A stretch of 64,000 nucleotides of DNA from the human T2T-CHM13v2.0 reference genome, Homo sapiens, in the NCBI RefSeq assembly GCF_009914755.1, contig NC_060945.1. One strand, written 5' to 3'. Positions within the stretch are counted from its first letter, which is position 1; the number at the start of each line of letters is the position of its first letter. The notes beneath the pieces were generated by a model. That model was not told where the DNA came from and did no database searches. It saw only the letters and a program-made list of their open reading frames with translations. Shown one piece after another: positions 57,231 through 64,000 of this stretch. The position numbers and the translations under genes are program-made.

Positions 57231-57960
57231 AAGGATAATAGGTGCTGGGGTTTGAGGGAGCCGATTCATTATTTCTCTCCTGACTTCTGGTTTCCAAATT
57301 TCTAGAACCAAATTCAAAACAGGTCAAAGCAACCAGGTGAGAAATCAAGGATATAATCAACTTTCCTTCCCCAAAGAGTCATGGTTTCTATGTCAGAGGG
57401 TACAACTTGGGCCTGAGATCCAAGTAAGGTTTCCTGTTACTTTGCTTATTTCCTTTTCTCCACTCACAGCTCTGCTTCTGCTACTCTACTCCACAGATCT
57501 TAATACAGGACCCAATCAAGGAGAGAGCTGGGTCTAGCAGGTGAGATGCTTACCCACTGGCCCGTGCATGCTTGTAGTCTGCCTCACATGTGGTTCAAGG
57601 AATAGAGAGAACCAAGAGAGCAGCTCAGGAACAAGCAGTGATTTTGCCCCAGTCTTAACAATAAGGAAAGTAGTGACAAAGACAGAGAGAGATAAGAAGT
57701 GAGCTTCTTCCACAGCAGAGGAGCTCAGCTGTTTTGCTATCTACAGAAATAATAGGCAGCTGTGTAACAAGCATCACACTCCCTCCAAAACAACAGGATC
57801 CGGGGGATCTCCATTTTCTCAGTCATAAACCAGTTTTCCAAAAGGAAGATTTCTCTTGAAAACAAAACTAATGCTGAATGTTTCTGAGAGAATGACATAG
57901 CTCTCCGAAGGACAATTTAAAATTTCCTGCGGAGAGTTCTGGCAATTACAATCATAGGAC

Positions 57961-58210
57961 CAACATTGTTCAAAGTGGTTCCATGGAATGTTAACAGGGA
58001 TCACATGGAAAATAGGGTTCTGCGGTCAAATCCTTTTGTGAAACACGAGGTTAAACCAAGTTAAATCATTTTCTATACTAAAGGTCATAATAAAACTTTA
58101 AATATTATAATATTTATTGTGAAGCTCCATGTTTTCCAGAATCTTTCTTCTTTTTGGCAGAGTATCTCATTTGGCTTGTGTTTCGTAAAATATACTTTGG
58201 AAAAATGTAG
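57961..58210. mobile_element. hAT-Charlie MITE, MER103-like
   Basis: gggttctgcggtcaaat...gaaacac..ggttaaaccaagttaaa, ending tactttggaaaaatg. Confidence 0.55.
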
Positions 58211-59499
58211 CCTTAGATGGTTTCATTCACTTAACATGGAGACAGAAAAGTTGGATCTCATCTACAAGCCTCTTCTAGCTCTACTATTTCACTACTAAGT
58301 TTGGTGCAGTGACTCATTAGAAACTGTAATCACCACGTTTCACCAAGCTTAAACCTCCAAGTGATTGGTGCAACTTTTTTAATGGGAATGAGACTTGGAC
58401 TCAGCAGACTACATCTCACTGGGAGACAATACAGCCTTGTATTAACAGCTTATACTGACGAAACCATGAAAAAACACAATCACATTTATTTACAATTTTT
58501 AAATTTGTTTATCTGTACTTAGCAGCAACATGGTTGTTTCTCGGAAGGTCAGAGTAGGGTGCTCATGAACTTAAGTTTAATATTGGGCATTGTTACTTTA
58601 TTTTTGGCCATTTACGATTGTACTATGCCTTTACTTAGGAGGGGCACACAGCAAGAGTGTGGACAGAACACAGGAAACTCATGGTTGCTTGTGCGTAACA
58701 AATAACATTATGGCTTTTCTTATAGTAACATCACACCACGCTAGAGAAGAAAAAAGATTATCTCTCAGAAGAAAAGGATATCATTAACCCAAAAGGGCCT
58801 GTGGTATCTTCTGTTTTGTGTTAAATAAAAGCCTTATGTCAATTTTCAGATTCTGAAAATGTTCCCTTTAAAGTTTTCTGTTCTTATGGATAATAATGAA
58901 GTGGCATCTGAAACAACATACTCCATTCAGTTCGGTGCTTTGGCAGGAAGTAGCTGAAAGAAATTGCTTCCATAGGCAGAGAAACCTGCTGAGGCTGCAG
59001 GACAATTGTGGAAGGAGGACTCTCTCAGCTGCTTTAAGGGTTTTGCAGCTTGGTTGGTTAGTCCAGAAGATGGTAATTAAAAGATCCCTTCAAGGGAAAG
59101 AATAGCTTCAAGAAAAGCAAGATTCATGAGTAAATTAGGAGAGCTTCAGGATTCAGGTGCCACATGCTGTATGTAGCTAGGAGTGCAGGCTCTTCTGTGA
59201 CTCAGGCATACCTGAGTGCTTCAGAGGCAAACCAGTCTCATTTTATTTCTGGTGCAGAACTCCAAGTTTCTTAAAAGTTACTCCACTGTCAGCGTATGTG
59301 TGTACCACCTTTTGCAAGAGAGCATGGAGAAAGAGAGAGCGTATTGTATTTCCAGCTCTGATGTACTTGTCTTAGCTATATTGTTTTAAATCTGGCATTT
59401 AGACTGAATATTTATCAGCCACGTTGTTAGTTATGTCAGTAAGAGAGTGGGTATGAAGCCCATCTTGAATGAAATGATGAGAATGAGGCATCTGACGGA

Positions 59500-59746
59500 T
59501 AAATGAAAATTCAAGTGTGATTATAGGCACAGGAACAAGCAGTGGTTTTGCCCCAATCTTAACAATAAGAAAAGTAGTAACAAAGACAAAGAGAGAGAGA
59601 TAAGAAGTGAGCTTCTTCCCCAGAAGAGGAGCTCAACTGTTTTGCTGTTGATAATGAAATTAAATGAAAATTCAAGTGTGATTATAGGCACAGATTGTCA
59701 TTTATTTCACAGATAAACAAAAATTCAAGTATGATTATAGGCCCAG
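59500..59746 (+). repeat. Three 33-35-bp direct repeats enclosing a copy of 57626-57738
   Basis: taaatgaaaattcaagtgtgattataggcacag identical at 59500-59532 and 59661-59693; diverged third copy at 59712-59746. Confidence 0.92.
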
Positions 59747-60779
59747 GTAAAGGCTGGCCACACATTGCTAGGAGCTGAGATAGCCAGATCTGTGATCTGA
59801 AGTTTGCCAGTACAGAGCTAAATATACACATATTTCTCTTGCCCGTATAACCCTCAAGCCTTCACCTACTTTGCTGAGAAACTTAATACTTTCAAACAAA
59901 GCTATAGACCTGAAGCATAACCCATGTCTACACAAATACTAAACTTTCTACAGAACTAGAATTCATCTAGTTACCAATGACCTGGAATAAATGAAAAGAA
60001 CTGGGTCATGCAATGTCTTCTACACAGTCTATTTGCAACAAACTGACAGTACCGAAGACCACCAGGCTGGGAATGGATCAAGGAAATATTCACCGCTTAT
60101 TCTAGGACTTCGAGGAAAGAAATTATTTTTCTGTTGTACTACAAATACATAGTCAGATAAATAAGAAATATAATGTTAAAAACAGCAAATAATCCTTTAC
60201 TTCCCAAAAGCGTTGTAATCTATTCATGACTACTGGTACAGAGCAAGTCTCCACAGCCAAGGGAAGCGAAAATCATTTTCACCCAAACAAGCTGTCCCAA
60301 TAGGAGGGTTTGCAGGGCCCTCAGTGAACGAATAAACGTAGTTGAAAAGACAGCAATTGGCCAATGGTGCCATGTGTAAGGAGTGATGAGAACACAAGAT
60401 AACATCAAGAAAGACAAACATAGGAATCACAGTATCCTTCAGGCTCATCAAATAACCATCACTGTGGGTCTTAATGGTAATGTAAAATTAAGGTGGCCCA
60501 GAGAAAACTATGTAAAGGAAATGAGTAGGCATTTTACAGATTAGAAAATCTAAATGACCAACAAATTTGGGAAAATATATTTCATGAACCAAATTAGTAG
60601 TAAGGGAGATAACATCATCAAATTATAAAAACAAATGGTTTACGGCCAGTTGCCAGTTGGGTTGTGGGAAAAAGGACACCCTTAGACATTGCTGTAGACA
60701 TGTGAACTGCTTCGGTTATCTTGGGAAACACTTTGGCACTATCAATTCACATCAAACATATTTGTTTTTAGACCTACGT

Positions 60780-60867
60780 GTATGAACTTCTCACTCAGTA
60801 ATCCTACTTTGAGACACTTTGCTGTATGAACTTCTTACTCAATAATCCTACTTTGAGACAGTTTGCT
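60780..60867 (+). repeat. 44-bp tandem duplication (3 mismatches)
   Basis: gtatgaacttctcactcagtaatcctactttgagacactttgct followed by gtatgaacttcttactcaataatcctactttgagacagtttgct. Confidence 0.92.
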
Positions 60868-60884
60868 ATAAAAATGAAAGCACT

Positions 60885-61195
60885 GGCCAGGAGTAGTGGC
60901 TGATGCCTGTAATCCCAGCACTTTGGGAGGCCGAGGCGAGATCGCTTGAGCCAGGAGTTCGAGACCAGCCTGGCCAATATGGCAAAACCCCGTCTATACT
61001 AATAATACAAAAATTAGCTGGGTGTGGTGCTGCCAGCCTGTAATCCCAGCTACTTGGGAGGCTGCAGGGGGACATCACTTGAACCAGGGAGGTAGAGGTT
61101 GCAGTGAGTCGAGATTGTGCCACTGCACTGCAGCCTGAGCGACAACGTGAAATTGTGTCTCAAAATAAATAAATAAATACAATAAAATAAAAATG
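60885..61195 (+). mobile_element. Alu (old S-type) within L1M fragments
   Basis: Full Alu dimer with (AAAT)n tail; TSD aaatgaaagcac on both sides. Confidence 0.92.
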
Positions 61196-63147
61196 AAATG
61201 AAAGCACCAACATATAAAGGTATTGATTGCATCATTGTTTTTGGTAGCAAGTGAGCATGTTTATATACTTGCAAGTATATACATTTGCAAATGTTTAATT
61301 AAGAGAAAGATGTGGAAAAAAGGAAGAAGGAAAAGGGAGGGGAGGTAAATAATATCTAAAAATAAAATTTTTCATGAAATTTAAAAAAATCATGTGACTA
61401 TGATCATATTTAAATAATACCATATAGATAGGTCTATATAAACACAGAAATGTTAGGAGATGGTTACCGAAATGTTCATGGGTTTCCAAGAGGTGCAACC
61501 TTAGGTAAATTTTTTTCTTTTTCTCACGTTTTTGTTTTTTGTTTTTTTTTTTACAATCAGCACATTATTTTTACATCAGAAGAACAGAGAAAGGTATGTT
61601 TTTGATTAGCTAAAAATTTTAACATAAAATTCTAATATTGTGTCTATAACATGTTTTATATGGATTAGTATGAATTGTGCAAATTACCAATGAAGGCAGT
61701 GGAAGAGGGCCTGGGGAGAGGAGTGTTTTAGCCAGAGTTTGCATTCTTTTTATTTCCTGCACTCTGGATCTATTCAAATCTCATCTCCTGCCGAGGGATT
61801 CAGTGCAGAACTAAAATATGATGACTTACTTGGCAACAGCAAAAAAAAGAGCATTTACTCAAATGCAATAAAGATAAGCAATAAGTTTCAGTGATGCATA
61901 TAGTATGTTCTCTGCTCGCCTGCTTGTTCTTTCTTCTCTCAGCAGAAGTTCAACTGAAAATAAGCTCAAACAGCAATTTGCCAAATTAGCTAGTCACCTC
62001 ACTTGTGACCAAATCACATCCTACAGAGATGCTGAACCCCAAGTTTTTGCTCTCTGGAATATACATAATTTGAAGAGTCTTTTCACTTAGTAAATGAAGG
62101 GGTAACCTGGTAAGTTCAAGTTACTTTGAAATGAGATGTACAAATAATACTTGGGTATAATATCCACAGATAATTCCCAAGTTATTGCTCCCCAATCTAC
62201 CACCCTTCCAAAAACAGCCATGCAAAAAATATACATTTTTCCCTTTCTCTGTCCTTTCCCAACCTCACAAGGAAGTAAACTGATAAATGCTTATTGAAAT
62301 CCTAAAAAGCAAATTGCAGGAAAAAAATTTAAAAAGAGAACATAACTTAGATAAAGCAGTGGATAGATAATTAAGAATTTGATATATGATGCCATCAACT
62401 TTTACCCAACAGAGACTAAGGATATTTCTCTTTTGTTTACGTGCTTCTTCTCTCTTTCTGATTAATCCCCTGGCTGACAGTGTTTTGCCACTCTAAATAG
62501 CTCTGAACCAATCTCCATGCACAGAAGTCACTCTCTGTAGAAGTCTGGGGCATTCTGATTGGCCAGCATGAACCCATGTGTCAACCCTTTGGCAGAAGAG
62601 ACTGTGCCTGTAAGCTGTGCCATCAGGGAGATGGGCAGCTCCCAAAAAGAAAAAAAAAGCGCTATGCAAATCAAAAGTATTAGCTGTTCCCTGTGTCGAA
62701 GTATACTTGAGAAGTAATTTTCTAGGTGTTACCACAAGTGTAATAACTTTCTTATTCTATCTTTTAGCATATTTGACAAGTACAAACAATATATAAATGC
62801 AAAAGAATTGATTCTTTTCATAGGGATTCAGAGTGAAGTTTTATCCCATGCCCTTATTTTGAAAAGTGATTTCTAGTGGTAATCCCTATTGTTATTCTTG
62901 TTGGCCACTGATAGCACAGCCATCTATCTTCAGAAGGTTTGACACTTGATTTTTATAATAAATGGTCTTTGTATTATGCTGTTAGGAAAATCAAAATATT
63001 GCCCTTTAGTACTCCTATTTATGGATTAAAATTCTCCTATAAGATTTCTGTCCATGTGAACACAAAAATGTCCTTTCTTTTTGAAAATCCATCCCAGCAA
63101 TTAGAACAGTCATCCTTTCCAGATATCAAGCCACCCATCAGACGGCC

Positions 63148-63744
63148 TGTATTAGTTACTACTGCTGTGTAACAAATTATCATAATCGTAACAGCTTAAA
63201 ACAATTCCTATCTATTATCTCACATTTATAAAGCTCAGTAGTCCAGGTAGACTCTGTTAGGTTCTCTGTTTGGTTGGTTTCCAAAGCTGAAATCAAGGTG
63301 TTGACTGGCTTGGCTGTTACGTGGAGCTTTTGGGCAAGAATCCACTTCCAAGCTCATGCAGGTTGCTGACAAAATCTAGTTCTTGTGGTTGTGGGACTCA
63401 GGTCTCCATTTCTCCAGTTCTCTTTTCAGCTGGGAGCTACTCTAGTTCCTTGAGACTGTTCCAGATTTTTTCTCATGTGCTTCCCTCCATCACAGAGCCA
63501 GCAATGCTGCAATGAGTTAGTTCTCGTGTTTTGAATCTCTCTGACCTTTTTAAGTGCCACTTCTTGGAGAAAGTGCTTTAGTTTTAAGGGCTCATGTGGT
63601 TAGATCAAGCCTACCCAGATCATCTCCCTTCCTTGTCAACTGTGCCATATAATATAGCATAATCATGGGAGTGAATACTCATTGCCTTTCTAGAGATGAA
63701 GACAGGGTATCTTTGGGGACCATTTTAGATATTCTGCTTATCAC
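63148..63744 (-). mobile_element. MLT1E-like MaLR LTR
   Basis: tgtattagttact..gctgtgtaacaaatta...cttaaaacaa, aagctgaaatcaaggtgttg, gaatccacttccaagctcat, ttttaagggctcatgtg, ending attttagatattctgcttatcac. Confidence 0.8.
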
Positions 63745-63748
63745 CTGC

Positions 63749-63772
63749 CTACTACTACTACTACTACTACTA
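63749..63772 (+). repeat. (CTA)8
   Basis: Direct read; lies between the MLT1E-like LTR and the MIR. Confidence 0.9.
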
Positions 63773-63784
63773 CAAGCCAGCATT

Positions 63785-64000
63785 GATTCAGTGCTTGTTA
63801 AGTGCTTGCTAGGTGCTTTGTATGGATTATCTTATTTAACATCTATAGTATTTTTAAAGTGGGTGCTGTTGTGAGTTCCATGTTTGGATAAGGAATCAGG
63901 CTTAGGGCAATTAAGTCCTTGTCCAAGATGACAAGCCAGCAGGAAGTGGTACCAGGATATGAACCCAGGCCTGGCTCTCAGGATTTTACTCTTAATTGCC
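63785..64000 (-). mobile_element. MIR
   Basis: gtgctttgtatggattatcttatttaa...gataaggaatcaggcttaggg...cttgtccaagatgaca..ccagcaggaagtggtaccaggatatgaacccaggc. Confidence 0.75.

Noticed and set aside
59500-59746. CRISPR-like look: 33-bp direct repeats with an 'acquired' spacer
   Set aside because: Only three copies, very unequal spacers (128 versus ~18 bp), non-palindromic repeat, no cas genes and a primate context. Template-switch repair explains it.

Overview
AT-rich primate (almost certainly human) genomic DNA with no supportable protein-coding sequence. The centre is a CpG-island promoter (~27280-29170) driving a minus-strand gene that I recognise from its non-coding leader exons as NRIP1 (RIP140; chr21 in human, from memory). 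Exon 1 has its donor at 27928/27927 and the 80-nt exon 2 is at 6678-6757, separated by a 21,170-bp GT-AG intron. The coding exon lies outside the window to the left. A perfect palindromic oestrogen response element sits at 28823-28837. The rest is intron (left) and upstream intergenic DNA (right), filled with transposon fossils: six Alus, a near-full-length Tigger1 carrying a THE1 LTR that itself carries an AluY, MaLR/ERVL LTRs, MER33, L1M, L2, MIR, CR1 and microsatellites. Repeat subfamily names come from recalled consensus sequences and need RepeatMasker/Dfam confirmation. I found no credible evidence for a new biological system. The observations most worth checking are: a locally templated ~115-bp insertion bracketed by identical 33-bp direct repeats (59500-59746); a sense-oriented intronic THE1 LTR that has lost both its splice donor and poly(A) signal; a GGC-repeat leader with potential poly-Gly/poly-Arg uORFs; a compact ERE/XRE/HRE/E2F-like module; Alu geometry beside the circRNA-forming exon 2; a very young AluYa; and an (AAGAG)14 Alu tail.
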